DNA of 64,000 bases from Candidatus Elarobacter sp. Its GTDB lineage: Bacteria; Vulcanimicrobiota; Vulcanimicrobiia; Vulcanimicrobiales; Vulcanimicrobiaceae. This document shows positions 1 through 10,052 of the stretch, one piece after another; position 1 is the first letter of the stretch; the number at the start of each line of letters is the position of its first letter. A program made the translations under genes and the position numbers. The DNA is taken from NCBI GenBank assembly GCA_036403315.1, contig DASWRD010000093.1, forward strand, positions 1,514 through 65,513, given 5' to 3'. Below the pieces are notes generated by a model, which did no database searches, was not told the DNA's origin, and saw only the letters and a program-made list of their open reading frames with translations.

Positions 1-2
1 GC

Positions 3-626
3 GCGGGGTCGAAGGGGATCACCGCGTTTCTCGTCGATTCGTCGTTGGCCGGCATCGTCGTCGAGAAGACGACCGAGAAGCTCGGGATCCATACGTCGAA
101 TACCGTCGACCTCGCGTTCGACGACGTGCGGGTGCCCGCGGAAGCGGTGCTGGGTGCCGAAGGCGCGGGGTTGACGCAGGCGCTCACGGCGCTCACGTCC
201 GGGCGCATCGGCATCGCCGCGCAGGCGACGGGGATTCTCGCGGCGTGTCTCGATGCTTCGATCGCGTTTGCGAAGGACCGCACCGCATTTGGGAAGCCCA
301 TCGCGGCGTTCGAGGGCGTCTCGTTCAAGATCGCGCAGATGGCGACGGATCTCGATGCGTCGCGGCTGCTCGTGTACCGTGCGGCGGCGTTCGCCGATGC
401 GGGGCGGCCGTTCGTCGTCGAGGCGTCCAAGGCGAAGCTGTTCGCGTCGACCAAGGCGCGCGAGCACGCGTCGGCGGCGCTCCAGATTCACGGCGGTTAC
501 GGGTACACGACTGAGTTTGCGGTCGAGCGGTATTACCGCGACGCGAAGATCACCGAGATCTACGAGGGGACCTCGGAGATCCAGCAGCTCGTCATCGCGC
601 GCGGGCTGCTGGGTAGGCTCGACTAG
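3..626 (+). CDS. acyl-CoA dehydrogenase (5'-truncated by window)
   Basis: Frame open from position 3 (AGSKGITAFLVD...). ACAD motifs GRIGIAAQ, R..FGKPI, QIHGGYGY, YRDAKITEIYEGTSEIQ. Confidence 0.93.
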   Translation, partial: AGSKGITAFLVDSSLAGIVVEKTTEKLGIHTSNTVDLAFDDVRVPAEAVLGAEGAGLTQALTALTSGRIGIAAQATGILAACLDASIAFAKDRTAFGKPIAAFEGVSFKIAQMATDLDASRLLVYRAAAFADAGRPFVVEASKAKLFASTKAREHASAALQIHGGYGYTTEFAVERYYRDAKITEIYEGTSEIQQLVIARGLLGRLD

Positions 627-629
627 GCG

Positions 630-1382
630 TTACTTCTTTGCGAACGTGTCGCGCACCAGCGTTGCGGTCACGTGCGCGTCGCTGGACTCCAGCTTCTCGG
701 GCGTGAGCTGCTGGCGGATGCGGATGCGGATGTCGTAGGCCGTCGGGCACAGCACGTCGGTGGCGTACGTCGCCGTTGCGTCGGCGTGCTCGTCGTAGCC
801 GTTGGGCCCCGATACGACGGCGTCCGTCGTGATGACGATCGTCGCGCGCTTGTCCGCGAGGTGCGTCACGCGGTACTTCGTCTCGCCTTTCGCCGGTGGC
901 GCGAACGGCGTCGACCACTCCGAGCCCGGGCTCACGTCGCGGTTCGCGATCATCCCGCGCGACAGCAGCGGCAGGAGCCGGCGCGCTTGCGCGCTCAGCA
1001 GGCGCTTGGGGTCGAACAGCAGCCGCCCGTCGGACATGATCGCCACGCGCAGCGCGGGCTGCCTCGCTTCGCGGCCTTCGTAGCTTGCGTCCACGACGAG
1101 GCCGCCGTCGCCCGTCGCCGCGATGACGTCCACGTGCAGCGTGCCGTGGTCGTTGCTGCCGAAACCGCGCGCCACGGAGCCTTTGCCCACGTCGGGCGTG
1201 TGCGCGCGGTTGTCCGCGTTGCCGCCCATCAGATTCGAGACGAGCGTCTCCTGCATCGTCTGCACGCTGTACGCGACCTCGTAGGTCAGCGTGCGCACCG
1301 GCTTCGGCGCGTCTTGCGCGGGCGCCGCCGTTGCGGCGGTCAAGACGAGCGCGACGCTCAGCGCGAGCGAACGAGCCTGCAT
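630..1382 (-). CDS. secreted hypothetical protein (paralog of 2556-3320)
   Basis: ATG at 1382 after AGGAGG; signal-peptide-like MQARSLALSVALVLTAATAAPA; shares blocks with 2556-3320 (DVIAAT.DGGLVVD, GPNG.DE, ATLV.D.FAKK). Confidence 0.8.
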   Translation of the reverse strand: MQARSLALSVALVLTAATAAPAQDAPKPVRTLTYEVAYSVQTMQETLVSNLMGGNADNRAHTPDVGKGSVARGFGSNDHGTLHVDVIAATGDGGLVVDASYEGREARQPALRVAIMSDGRLLFDPKRLLSAQARRLLPLLSRGMIANRDVSPGSEWSTPFAPPAKGETKYRVTHLADKRATIVITTDAVVSGPNGYDEHADATATYATDVLCPTAYDIRIRIRQQLTPEKLESSDAHVTATLVRDTFAKK

Positions 1383-1426
1383 GCGGCACCTCCTGCGAGC
1401 GGATTGTCGGCCGCGCCGCGCGGTTC

Positions 1427-2131
1427 CTACGGCCCGACCGGCCGCAGTGCGCGCGTCGCGACGCCGGCCGACGCGTGCACGAGGGGCGGCACCTGCGCGT
1501 CCGGTACGACGCCCGCCGCGGCGAGCAGCGTGTTCTCCGCGATCGTCACGGTGGCGTCGTGCAGCGGCCACGGCGGATGGCGCACGTCGCAGCGCAGTAT
1601 GCGCCCGCGGCCGTTCGCGGTGTAGAAGCTGTACCGCTCGATGAGCCGGTGCTCGAGCGATCCGCCTGCCGCGATGCGCGCGCCGGTTGCGAAGCGTGCG
1701 CCGGCATCGAAGCGCGCGGCCGGCGCGCGCGCATCGGTGCGCTCCACGCGATACGCGCACGAACCGTCGTCGTCCCACGCGCTCGCGATCCGCGCGTGAA
1801 GGTACGGCACGTGCAATCCCCGGCGACCGGCTTCGACGACGGCGCGGTTGGCCGCGTCGAGGCTCAAAAACCAAATGCCCGGCGTGGCGCCGCCGGTGAC
1901 GTACGTGCGGACGTTCACCTCGCCGAACGTGCGCAGCGCGAAGCGCGGCGGGACGCCGCGCGCCCGCGTCCCCGCCATCTCGAACGCGACGATGCCGATC
2001 CACGCGCTGCCTTCGAGGACGTCGAGCTCGAGGTCGCGCGGGATCAGCGCGCGCAGCGGCTCGGCGGCGACCGGCCAGTGCAGGAACAGCGCGCGGCGCC
2101 AGTCCATCGCGATCAGCCACGGGGCGGTCAC
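1427..2131 (-). CDS. YqjF/DUF2071 family protein
   Basis: W..ALFLHWPV, F.EVNVRTYV, GIWFLSLDA, V.H.PWPL motifs; GTG start overlaps upstream stop (GTGA). Confidence 0.85.
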   Translation of the reverse strand: MTAPWLIAMDWRRALFLHWPVAAEPLRALIPRDLELDVLEGSAWIGIVAFEMAGTRARGVPPRFALRTFGEVNVRTYVTGGATPGIWFLSLDAANRAVVEAGRRGLHVPYLHARIASAWDDDGSCAYRVERTDARAPAARFDAGARFATGARIAAGGSLEHRLIERYSFYTANGRGRILRCDVRHPPWPLHDATVTIAENTLLAAAGVVPDAQVPPLVHASAGVATRALRPVGP

Positions 2132-2535
2132 GGCGTCGCGTCGTCCAGATTCTCGGCGAGGAAGCGTTCGCGCAGGCCCGGCGGCGGCAGCGCGCACGCG
2201 TCTTTGCGGCCGAACCAGCGATAGCGGTTGCGCGCGATCCAGCGGTAGATCCCGTCGCGCGCGGCGCGCGGGATCAGGATCGCGGCGAACGCGAGCGGCC
2301 AGGGCGCGCGCAGGCGCAGCGCGATGTGGAGCACGGCGTCGCTGCGCTCGTAGACGCGGCCGTCCGCGAGCAGCACGACGCTGTCCGGCTCGCGCACGTC
2401 GCCGGCGCGGCTGCCGAGGAGCTGCCGCCCGCGCGGCGACTGCAGCGGCAGGAACGTGAAGCGGCGCTCCGGATCGTTCGCCGCGATGAAGCGGACGGCG
2501 CCGTTGCAGAGATTGCAGACGCCGTCGAACAGCAC
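2128..2535 (-). CDS. DCC1-like thiol-disulfide oxidoreductase (DUF393)
   Basis: FDGVCNLCNG (DxxCxxC) and YRWIARNRYRWFG motifs; start uncertain. Confidence 0.88.
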   Translation of the reverse strand: MLFDGVCNLCNGAVRFIAANDPERRFTFLPLQSPRGRQLLGSRAGDVREPDSVVLLADGRVYERSDAVLHIALRLRAPWPLAFAAILIPRAARDGIYRWIARNRYRWFGRKDACALPPPGLRERFLAENLDDATP

Positions 2536-2555
2536 GATGGCCGCGGCGGGCGGAC

Positions 2556-3320
2556 CTACTTCTTCGCGAACGAGTCGCTGACCAAAGTCGCGGTGATGTG
2601 CGCGTTGGTCGTCATCGATTGGTCGATGCCGAGCACGCGATGGATGCGGGCGGTCAGCTCGTACGACAACGGCGATACGAGATTGGTCGCGTACGTCGTG
2701 GTTCCACGATCCAATTCGTCGAAGCCGTTTGGACCAGGCACCGTCAAGACCGCTTCGATCGCGATCAGCGCGCGCTGGCCGTCCGTGCTCTGCACGCGAT
2801 AGGTCGTCGAGCCCTTCGCCGGCGGAGGCGCGGGAACCGTCCAGCTCGACCCCGGTGAGACGTCGCGGTTGGCGATGAATCCGCGGGCGATCAGCGGCAG
2901 CATCCGCGCCGCTTCGGGTGCGAGAGGGTGCGCCGGATCGACCGAAAAGCTGCCGTCGGCGAAAATCGCGACGCGGGTGCTCGGCTGCACGTTCCGCGTG
3001 CCCGTGAAGGACGTGTCGACGACCAAACCGCCGTCGGGCGTTGCCGCGATGACGTCGATCGAGAGCTTACCGCGGTCGTCGCCGTTGGTCAGGAGGTTTG
3101 CAGCGCCGGAGCCGGTGCTGCCGGGGTTCGCGTCGGTGCCGGCGCCGCCATAACCGCTGTTGAGCCCGGAGGTCTTTATCTGGTGCGTCGAGCTCGCGCT
3201 GTAGGCGACGTCGTATACGAGCTGGCGCAGCGGCTTCGTGGGGGCGGGAGCGTCGGCGGCCGCTGCGGCAAGCGGTGCGCCGAGCGCGGCGACGGCGGCA
3301 AAAGCAAGCAGGCTTCGCAT
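2556..3320 (-). CDS. secreted hypothetical protein (paralog of 630-1382)
   Basis: GGAGG RBS, signal peptide MRSLLAFAAVAALGAPLAAAA, homology to 630-1382. Confidence 0.8.
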   Translation of the reverse strand: MRSLLAFAAVAALGAPLAAAAADAPAPTKPLRQLVYDVAYSASSTHQIKTSGLNSGYGGAGTDANPGSTGSGAANLLTNGDDRGKLSIDVIAATPDGGLVVDTSFTGTRNVQPSTRVAIFADGSFSVDPAHPLAPEAARMLPLIARGFIANRDVSPGSSWTVPAPPPAKGSTTYRVQSTDGQRALIAIEAVLTVPGPNGFDELDRGTTTYATNLVSPLSYELTARIHRVLGIDQSMTTNAHITATLVSDSFAKK

Positions 3321-3436
3321 GAAACGGTTCCTCCGAAGGAATCCATTTCGCCGTGCTTGGCCGGAGCCGCCTTCGAACCCGTCCGACGTTTCTCGTCCAG
3401 GGGCGCTCTTTCGCTGCGAGGAACGCTCGGCGCGCC

Positions 3437-4627
3437 ATGAAGTTGATGGAATACCAGGGCAAAGACCTGTTCCGGCGCGTCGGCATCCCGACGCCGAACG
3501 GCGTGTACTCGACCACCGCGGACGACGTGAAGTCGTTCATCGCCGCGAACCCCGGCTCGTGGGTGCTCAAGAGCCAGGTGATGATGGGCGGCCGCGGCAA
3601 GGCCGGCGGGATCAAGTTCGCCGACGACGCGCAGCAGGGCGAGACGCTCGCGCGCGAGCTGATCGGCAAAGTGCTCAAGTCGGTCCAGAACCCCGACGGT
3701 GAGGAAGTGAAGTCGCTGCTGGTCGAGGAGAAGGTCGACATCGCGAGCGAGGCTTACGTGTCGATCGCGATCGACCGCGCTGCGAAGAAACCCGTCGTGC
3801 TCGTCACCGCGCAAGGCGGCATGGACGTCGAAGAGGTCGCCGAGCACGATCCGGACGCGATCAAGAAATACTGGCTCGATCCCGCGAGCGGCTATTCGGC
3901 GTTCATCGGGCGGCGGCTCGCGTTCGACGCGAAGCTGCCCGCGGGCTATCGCAAAGCGTTCCCCGCGGTTCTGGGCGCGCTGTACACGCTGTTCATGGAG
4001 TACGGCGCGAACCTCGTGGAGATCAACCCGCTGGTGCTCACCAAGGACGGCCGCGTGATCGCGAGCGACGCGAAGGTGGACCTCGACGACAACGGGCTGT
4101 ACAAACATCCCGACGTCGCGGAGTGGAACACGCAGTCGCCGGCCGACGAAGATCAGGCGGCCGCCGTCGCGATCGGCCTAGGGATGTCGAATTACGCGCG
4201 CTTCGAAGACGAGCCGGGGCTGCCGCCCAAGACCGTCGGCACGATCGCGAACGGCGCCGGGCTCGGCATGGGCACGATGGATGCGGTCAAGAGCGCCGGC
4301 GGCGGCGCGGCGAATTTCCTGGACATCGGCGGCGGCGCGCAAGCCGAGCTGGTGAAGAAGTCCTACAAGCTCGTCACGTCGGATCCGCGCGTCAAGGCGA
4401 TGTTCATCAACATCTTCGGCGGCATCACGCGCGGCGATCAGGTCGCGAAGGGCATCGTCGAAGCGCTCGGCGGCGACGACGTGCGCAAAGTGCCGCTGGT
4501 CGTGCGTCTCACCGGCACCAATGCGAAAGAAGGGCTCGCGATCTTGGCCGAGGCCGGCTTCGTCCCCGTCGAGACGATGGACGAAGGTGCCGCGCGCGCC
4601 GTCGCACTCGCCGCCGGAGAGAAATAA
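3437..4627 (+). CDS. sucC: succinyl-CoA synthetase beta subunit
   Basis: [49 protein letters not shown]. Confidence 0.97.
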   Translation: MKLMEYQGKDLFRRVGIPTPNGVYSTTADDVKSFIAANPGSWVLKSQVMMGGRGKAGGIKFADDAQQGETLARELIGKVLKSVQNPDGEEVKSLLVEEKVDIASEAYVSIAIDRAAKKPVVLVTAQGGMDVEEVAEHDPDAIKKYWLDPASGYSAFIGRRLAFDAKLPAGYRKAFPAVLGALYTLFMEYGANLVEINPLVLTKDGRVIASDAKVDLDDNGLYKHPDVAEWNTQSPADEDQAAAVAIGLGMSNYARFEDEPGLPPKTVGTIANGAGLGMGTMDAVKSAGGGAANFLDIGGGAQAELVKKSYKLVTSDPRVKAMFINIFGGITRGDQVAKGIVEALGGDDVRKVPLVVRLTGTNAKEGLAILAEAGFVPVETMDEGAARAVALAAGEK

Positions 4628-4628
4628 C

Positions 4629-5510
4629 ATGGCGATTTTCCTCGACAAGAACTCCAAGGTCATCGTGCAGGGCATCACCGGGCGCGAAGGCGCGTTTCAC
4701 ACGCAGCGCATGCTCGCGTACGGCACGAACATCGTCGGCGGCGTCACGCCGGGCAAGGGCGGCACGACGATCGAGAGCGGGCAGCCGGTGTTCGACACGG
4801 TGAAGGACGCCGTCGACGCGACCGGCGCGACGCACACGATCGTGTTCGTGCCGCCGTTCGCCGGCGCCGACGCGCTGTGGGAAGCGCACGACGCCGGCAT
4901 CGCGCTCGCCGTCTGCATCACCGAAGGGATCCCCGCCCACGACATGCTGCGCGTCGTCGCGACGACGGCCGGGATGCGCATCATCGGCGGCAACTGCCCC
5001 GGCTTGATCTCGCCCGGCAAGTCGCTGGTCGGCATCATGCCCGGCCACATTTTCAAAGAAGGCAGCGTCGGGATGATCTCGCGCTCGGGGACGCTCACGT
5101 ACGAGATCGTCGACGGCCTCACGCGCGCGGGCTTCGGGCAGTCGACCTGCGTCGGCATCGGGGGTGATCCGATCATCGGGACGACGTTCGTCGACTGCCT
5201 GCGCGCGTTCGCGAACGATCCCGAGACCAAGGCACTCGTCGTCGCCGGCGAGATCGGGGGCTCGGACGAAGAAGACGCGGCGGCGTTCATCAAGGAGCAC
5301 ATCCCCGACAAGCCGGTCGTCGCGTTCATCGGCGGGCGCTCCGCCCCGAAGGGCAAGCGCCTCGGGCACGCCGGGGCGATCATCTCGGGCAACACCGGCA
5401 CCCCGGAGTCCAAGGTGAAGGCATTCGCCGAGGCGGGGGTCCCGGTCGCGGACCGGCCCTCCGACATCCCCGCGCTGCTCGCCGAGCGCCTCAAGCTCGT
5501 CCCCGCGTAG
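4629..5510 (+). CDS. sucD: succinyl-CoA synthetase alpha subunit
   Basis: [40 protein letters not shown]; directly follows sucC. Confidence 0.97.
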   Translation: MAIFLDKNSKVIVQGITGREGAFHTQRMLAYGTNIVGGVTPGKGGTTIESGQPVFDTVKDAVDATGATHTIVFVPPFAGADALWEAHDAGIALAVCITEGIPAHDMLRVVATTAGMRIIGGNCPGLISPGKSLVGIMPGHIFKEGSVGMISRSGTLTYEIVDGLTRAGFGQSTCVGIGGDPIIGTTFVDCLRAFANDPETKALVVAGEIGGSDEEDAAAFIKEHIPDKPVVAFIGGRSAPKGKRLGHAGAIISGNTGTPESKVKAFAEAGVPVADRPSDIPALLAERLKLVPA

Positions 5511-5524
5511 GCTGCGGGAGCGGG

Positions 5525-5740
5525 ATGCGTTTCGGCTACCAGTGCGAGGAGTGCGAGGAGGCGATCTGGCTCGCGACCACGCGCGCCGAGCTGCAGTGGC
5601 TGCGCAGCCGGCGGCACGTCGTCCGCGAGGTCGCCCGGCACTTGAGCGCGGGCCTCGACGGCTGGATGGACGAGGGGCTGGCCTTTCTCGACGCTCACGA
5701 AGGCCATAGCGTGGTGGTGGTCGAGCGAGCCACGGGCTGA
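5525..5740 (+). CDS. small hypothetical protein with CxxC and HxxH
   Basis: GGGAG RBS; YQCEECEE ... AHEGH; typical codon usage. Confidence 0.65.
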   Translation: MRFGYQCEECEEAIWLATTRAELQWLRSRRHVVREVARHLSAGLDGWMDEGLAFLDAHEGHSVVVVERATG

Positions 5741-5872
5741 GCGCGCAACCCTCAAAATAGGGGAAGCGACCGCGCGCTCTCAGAAGGGTCACAGGTCTGC
5801 CCGAATTCTGTCGGCTTCATGCCGCCGGACGGCCGGCAAACCAACCCGCACCCTTCGAAAGGAAGAGTGTCC

Positions 5873-8800
5873 GTGGCTATACCTTATTCGGTAAGACGCG
5901 GTATCGTCGCGGTTCTGCTGCTCATCGCATTCGTGCTCCAGGGAACGACAAGCGTTCTGGCAGGCACGACCGGTGCAATCAGCGGTTCCGTCGTCGATCC
6001 TCAATCGAACCAGCCTGTCAGCGGTGCCCGCGTCACCGCGACGAGCCCCTCGCAGTCGTCCGCGACGACATCAGACGCCGGCGGGCGCTTCACGTTCGTC
6101 TCGCTCACGCCGGACACGTATACGATCTCGGCGGCAGCGGACGCGACGCGTGACTACGCGTCGGTCAGCGGCGTGACGGTTCAGGCCGACCAAACCGTGA
6201 CCGTCAGCCTGCAGCAGCCGACGAAGCTCAAAGTCATCGGTACGGTGACGTCGCGCGCTGCGAACGTGCTGGTGAAACCCGGCACCACGGCCGACGTGTA
6301 CTCGATCAACTCCGTGACGCAGGACAAAGCGTCCGCGCTCGGCGGCGGCGGCACGCTGAATCAGGCGTGGTCGGCGATCTCGTCGGTGCCGGGCGTCTAC
6401 GTCGCTCCGAGCCAAGGCGGCTACATCGGTGCCGGCGCGACCGTCAGCATCCGTGGCGGCGACTACGACCAGATCGGCTACGAGCTGGACGGCGTCCCCG
6501 TGAACCGCGCGTTCGACAACTATCCGTCGGGACCGGTCTCGTCCCTCGGACAGGGTGAGCTCCAAGTTTACACCGGCGCCCCGGCGGCGAACGCCGAGGC
6601 GAACGGCATCTCGGGCTACATCAACCAGGTGATCCGCACCGGCACCGCGCCGGCGTCGCGCAACCTGACGCTGGCGATCGGTTCGCCGATCTTCTACAAC
6701 AAGGTCGCGTTCGAAGCTGGCGGCGCCAACCCGTCGCGTACGTTCTCGTACTACATCGGGGCCGGCGCGTACAACCAGTCGTATCGTTATTACGACCAGT
6801 ACAACGGTGCAAGCCTCCAGCACGACTGGGGCGCACCGCTTGCCGATTGCGCGGCCGCTCCGTCGGGCTTCGCTTCCCGCGGGGCTGCGCCCTCATGCTA
6901 CCAGCCGAACGGCACGCCGTATACGAACACCTCGTATCTCCCCTCGTTCGTCCTGGGACCGTACAACCTGATCTCGGTCGCCGGCGTGCAGACCCGAGAC
7001 ACCGTAGCGAACTTCCACTTCGGCATCCCGCGCAAGGACGGCAACCGGGACGACGTTCAGGTTCTGTTCGACAACAACTTCATCAACAACCCGGCGTACA
7101 TCTCGACCAACGATCAAGGTGGCGGGCAGTTCCTGAACGACATCGGCGTCGGTGTGCCGCCGTACTTCGACGGCTACCAGTCGTCGATTCCGCAGGGCAC
7201 CGTGCTGCCGACGACGTTTACCGGCGGCCAGGCCAACTATTACCTGTTCCCGCAGTCGCCCAACGGCCGTCCGCTGGGGCTCGCGAACTGCAGCATCACG
7301 AATCCGACCACGCAGGGCGGCGGCTGTATCCAGCCGGACCGGCGCGACGCGTTCGTGAACAACCAGGGCATCGGGAAGCTGCAATACCAGCGCAACTTCG
7401 GAACGAGCGCGTTCCTGCGCGTCTACGGCTACACGTATTACTCGGACTGGCTGCAGACGGGCCCGCAGAGCAACTGGATGAACTATCTCGGCTACGTCCC
7501 GGGTGACTACGAGCTCACGAGCCACACCCGCGGCGTCAGCGCCCAGTTCACCAGCCAGCTGAACTCCAAGAACCTGTTCTCGATCCAGGGCTCCTATACG
7601 ACGTCGACGGTCCTGCGCGACAACAACACGCAGTTCCTCGACAACGGAGGCTCCTTGACGAGCTTCCGCAGCGTCGGCGGCCTCCTCGTGAACGGCTCGA
7701 GCCCCGGCAACGGCGTGTGCTACACCGCGGCCGGCGGCGCCGGTGCACACACCGCGGTACCGTGCTTCAACGCCGACGGTTCCGCGTTCGCCGGCGGGGT
7801 CGGCGCTTTCACCTACCGCCAGCAGTTCAACGGTACGGTCACCCCGGCCGCGGGTACCTGCGGCACCGGCCCGTGCCAATACCTGGTGGTCGGCAACGGT
7901 CAGTACGCGACGTACAATCAGGTGCGGCCGCGGTTCACGGCGTTCTCGATCACCGATCAGTGGAAGCCGACGGATCGTCTCAACATCGATATCGGCCTCC
8001 GTTACGACGGGTTCCAGTTCCAAGGCGCGGATACGACCCAATCGCTCGCGCGCACGTTCAACTATGCCGCCTGGAACGCTCAGTTCCCGACGCAGCAGCA
8101 GTTCAACGTGTCCGGAGCGACCAACACGTACAGCGCATGGCAGCCGCGGCTCGGCATGACGTATACGGTGAGCCCGACGACGGTTCTCCGCGCGGCATAC
8201 GGCCGGTACGCGCAAGCTCCGAACAGCGCGTTCGAGCAGTACAACTACCTCGCGTCGGAAGCGGCGAACCTCAATCGCAACTTCGTGCGGATCGCGGGCT
8301 TCACGACGCCGTCGCACGCGGTGCGCCCGTCGATCGCGAACAGCTTCGACATGTCGTACGAGCATCAGTTCAATCGCGACACGTCGATCAAGTTCAGCCC
8401 GTTCACGCGCAAGACGCAGGACCAGATCCAGCAGTTCTATCTCGACCAGAAGACCAACTTCGTGTCCGGCGTGAACGTCGGAAGCCAGACGTCGCAGGGT
8501 CTGGAACTCGAGATCGACAAGGGCGACTTCTCGCGCAACGGTCTCGCCGCGCGCTTGACGTATACGTACACGAACAGCTACGTCCAGTACTCGCGGTTCA
8601 ACGGGATCTCCGTCGTCGACACGTTCAATGCCGGCATCGCGAACTACGACAAGTTCACGCGTGCAGGCGGCGGCGCACCGTGCTACACGACGGGCGGTGC
8701 AGCCGATGCCCTGTGCGCGGCAGGTTCGATCGCGAACCCGTATTACAACGCTCCGATCCAGCCGCTCATGGACCCGAACGGCAAGTACGCGCCGTACAGC

Positions 8801-9442
8801 CTGTTCCCGGCCGGTATCGTTTCGGCGCCCGCCGCGGCGTACGGTGCCCCGCACGTCGCGTCCCTGATCCTTCAGTACAAGCACGGACCGCTTGCCGTGA
8901 CCCCGTCCGTTCAGTTTGCGGGCGGGATCCGCTACGGCTTGCCGCTCGGAAACCAGGGCGTCGTTCCGAACACCTGCACGGGTGCAGTCGGCGGGAGCCC
9001 CGGCAGCGATCCACGCTATCCGTACGGCGCGCCGGGCGGCGCCCCGTTCGACGCGGCGACGTGCGGAACGACGCTTCCGGACGGCTCGCAGTTCGCGATC
9101 CCGAACGTCTACAGCAAGCGCTTTGACAACGTCGGCGGCTACGCGGCCCCGAACAACATCGCGCTCCACACCCAGATCTCGTACGACGTCAGCAAGCGCA
9201 TCTCGCTGGTCGGCACGTTCGCGAACATCGTGAACCGCTGCTTCGGCGGATCGAAGGTCCCGTGGGCGGTCAATCACGCCTGCAACTACACGCTGACGTA
9301 CGGCGGCGGCGCGGGCCCGCAGCCCGTCGGAAACGTCTTCAATCCCGGCGACGCGATCCAGCCGTTCCTTCGGTCGCCGTATGATCCGACGTTCCCCGGC
9401 TTCCCGTTCAACATGTCGTTCGAGGCCCGCATCAAACTCTAG
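5873..9442 (+). CDS. TonB-dependent receptor with N-terminal carboxypeptidase-regulatory-like domain
   Basis: Signal peptide, GTTGAISGSVVD, plug motif SIRGG...YELDGVPVN, GLRYD, QPRLG, C-terminal beta strand MSFEARIKL. Start GTG at 5867 or 5873. Confidence 0.9.
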   Translation: MAIPYSVRRGIVAVLLLIAFVLQGTTSVLAGTTGAISGSVVDPQSNQPVSGARVTATSPSQSSATTSDAGGRFTFVSLTPDTYTISAAADATRDYASVSGVTVQADQTVTVSLQQPTKLKVIGTVTSRAANVLVKPGTTADVYSINSVTQDKASALGGGGTLNQAWSAISSVPGVYVAPSQGGYIGAGATVSIRGGDYDQIGYELDGVPVNRAFDNYPSGPVSSLGQGELQVYTGAPAANAEANGISGYINQVIRTGTAPASRNLTLAIGSPIFYNKVAFEAGGANPSRTFSYYIGAGAYNQSYRYYDQYNGASLQHDWGAPLADCAAAPSGFASRGAAPSCYQPNGTPYTNTSYLPSFVLGPYNLISVAGVQTRDTVANFHFGIPRKDGNRDDVQVLFDNNFINNPAYISTNDQGGGQFLNDIGVGVPPYFDGYQSSIPQGTVLPTTFTGGQANYYLFPQSPNGRPLGLANCSITNPTTQGGGCIQPDRRDAFVNNQGIGKLQYQRNFGTSAFLRVYGYTYYSDWLQTGPQSNWMNYLGYVPGDYELTSHTRGVSAQFTSQLNSKNLFSIQGSYTTSTVLRDNNTQFLDNGGSLTSFRSVGGLLVNGSSPGNGVCYTAAGGAGAHTAVPCFNADGSAFAGGVGAFTYRQQFNGTVTPAAGTCGTGPCQYLVVGNGQYATYNQVRPRFTAFSITDQWKPTDRLNIDIGLRYDGFQFQGADTTQSLARTFNYAAWNAQFPTQQQFNVSGATNTYSAWQPRLGMTYTVSPTTVLRAAYGRYAQAPNSAFEQYNYLASEAANLNRNFVRIAGFTTPSHAVRPSIANSFDMSYEHQFNRDTSIKFSPFTRKTQDQIQQFYLDQKTNFVSGVNVGSQTSQGLELEIDKGDFSRNGLAARLTYTYTNSYVQYSRFNGISVVDTFNAGIANYDKFTRAGGGAPCYTTGGAADALCAAGSIANPYYNAPIQPLMDPNGKYAPYSLFPAGIVSAPAAAYGAPHVASLILQYKHGPLAVTPSVQFAGGIRYGLPLGNQGVVPNTCTGAVGGSPGSDPRYPYGAPGGAPFDAATCGTTLPDGSQFAIPNVYSKRFDNVGGYAAPNNIALHTQISYDVSKRISLVGTFANIVNRCFGGSKVPWAVNHACNYTLTYGGGAGPQPVGNVFNPGDAIQPFLRSPYDPTFPGFPFNMSFEARIKL

Positions 9443-9464
9443 GCCTCGGCGTCAGCTGAACATG

Positions 9465-9500
9465 AAAACGGCCTCCGCTTCGGCGGGGGCCGTCTTCTTG
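9465..9500 (+). terminator. intrinsic terminator, probably bidirectional
   Basis: ACGGCCTCCGC-TTCG-GCGGGGGCCGT hairpin flanked by AAAA and CTTCTT, between convergent genes. Confidence 0.8.
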
Positions 9501-9544
9501 TTCCTCGTGGAGCGCGCGACGGGCGCGATTGCGGCTCGCGAGCG

Positions 9545-9829
9545 CTAGCGGGGGACTTGTAGCTTTTGGCCTACGCTCAGGTTGGCGGTGGCGAGGTGGT
9601 TGGCGCCGACGATTTGGTCGACTGTCGCCTGGACGTCGCCGTTGGCCGGCGTGGTACGTTCCGCTAGGGTCCACAGCGTTTGTCCCGGCTGCACCGTGAC
9701 CGTCTTGTAGGCGACGGGGGGCGCGGCGTGGACCGTGCTCGAGAGCGCGGGGAGGGTCACTGCCAAGCAGAGGCCGCCGAGGGCGACCAGCGGCATGAGG
9801 GTCGGTTTTCGTTTTGGCGTGACGCGCAT
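9545..9829 (-). CDS. LysM membrane protein, YneA/ChiZ-like SOS cell-division inhibitor
   Basis: N-terminal TM helix plus LysM (VTVQPGQTLWTLA...N.L....LSVGQKLQVP); divergent from lexA. Confidence 0.85.
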   Translation of the reverse strand: MRVTPKRKPTLMPLVALGGLCLAVTLPALSSTVHAAPPVAYKTVTVQPGQTLWTLAERTTPANGDVQATVDQIVGANHLATANLSVGQKLQVPR

Positions 9830-9858
9830 GTTGTTGTTCTTTCCCCTAGATGTTGTGC

Positions 9859-9872
9859 CAAACGCCTGTTCG
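9859..9872 (-). promoter_or_regulatory. LexA (SOS) box
   Basis: CGAACAGGCGTTTG on minus strand matches CGAAC-N4-GTTYG; just downstream of the predicted -10 of the LysM gene. Confidence 0.75.
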
Positions 9873-9880
9873 TCCACCAC

Positions 9881-9910
9881 ATGATACCAAGGCCGGGAGC
9901 GGGGAGTCAA
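9881..9910 (-). promoter_or_regulatory. sigma70-type promoter of LysM gene
   Basis: TTGACT-18 nt-TATCAT with extended TG on minus strand. Confidence 0.6.
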
Positions 9911-9918
9911 GGGCGGTT

Positions 9919-9932
9919 CGAACATATGTTTG
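9919..9932 (+). promoter_or_regulatory. LexA (SOS) box
   Basis: CGAACATATGTTTG upstream of lexA, overlapping a possible -35 (TTGCTC...TAGTAT). Confidence 0.8.
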
Positions 9933-10052
9933 CTCTGCGTGCGGCATCTGTGATAGTATTGCCGCAATCAATGCGGTATCCACACGGGTGCCGTCGGCGA
10001 GCGTCTCAGGGCGCGATGCCTACTGGGTGGCATTCTCTCAAGGAGGGTTCGG

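Noticed and set aside
5834-5875. c-di-GMP-I riboswitch upstream of the TonB receptor (GGCAAACC...GAAA)
   Set aside because: The downstream GACGCAAAG and second stem are missing; only a weak hairpin over the RBS remains.
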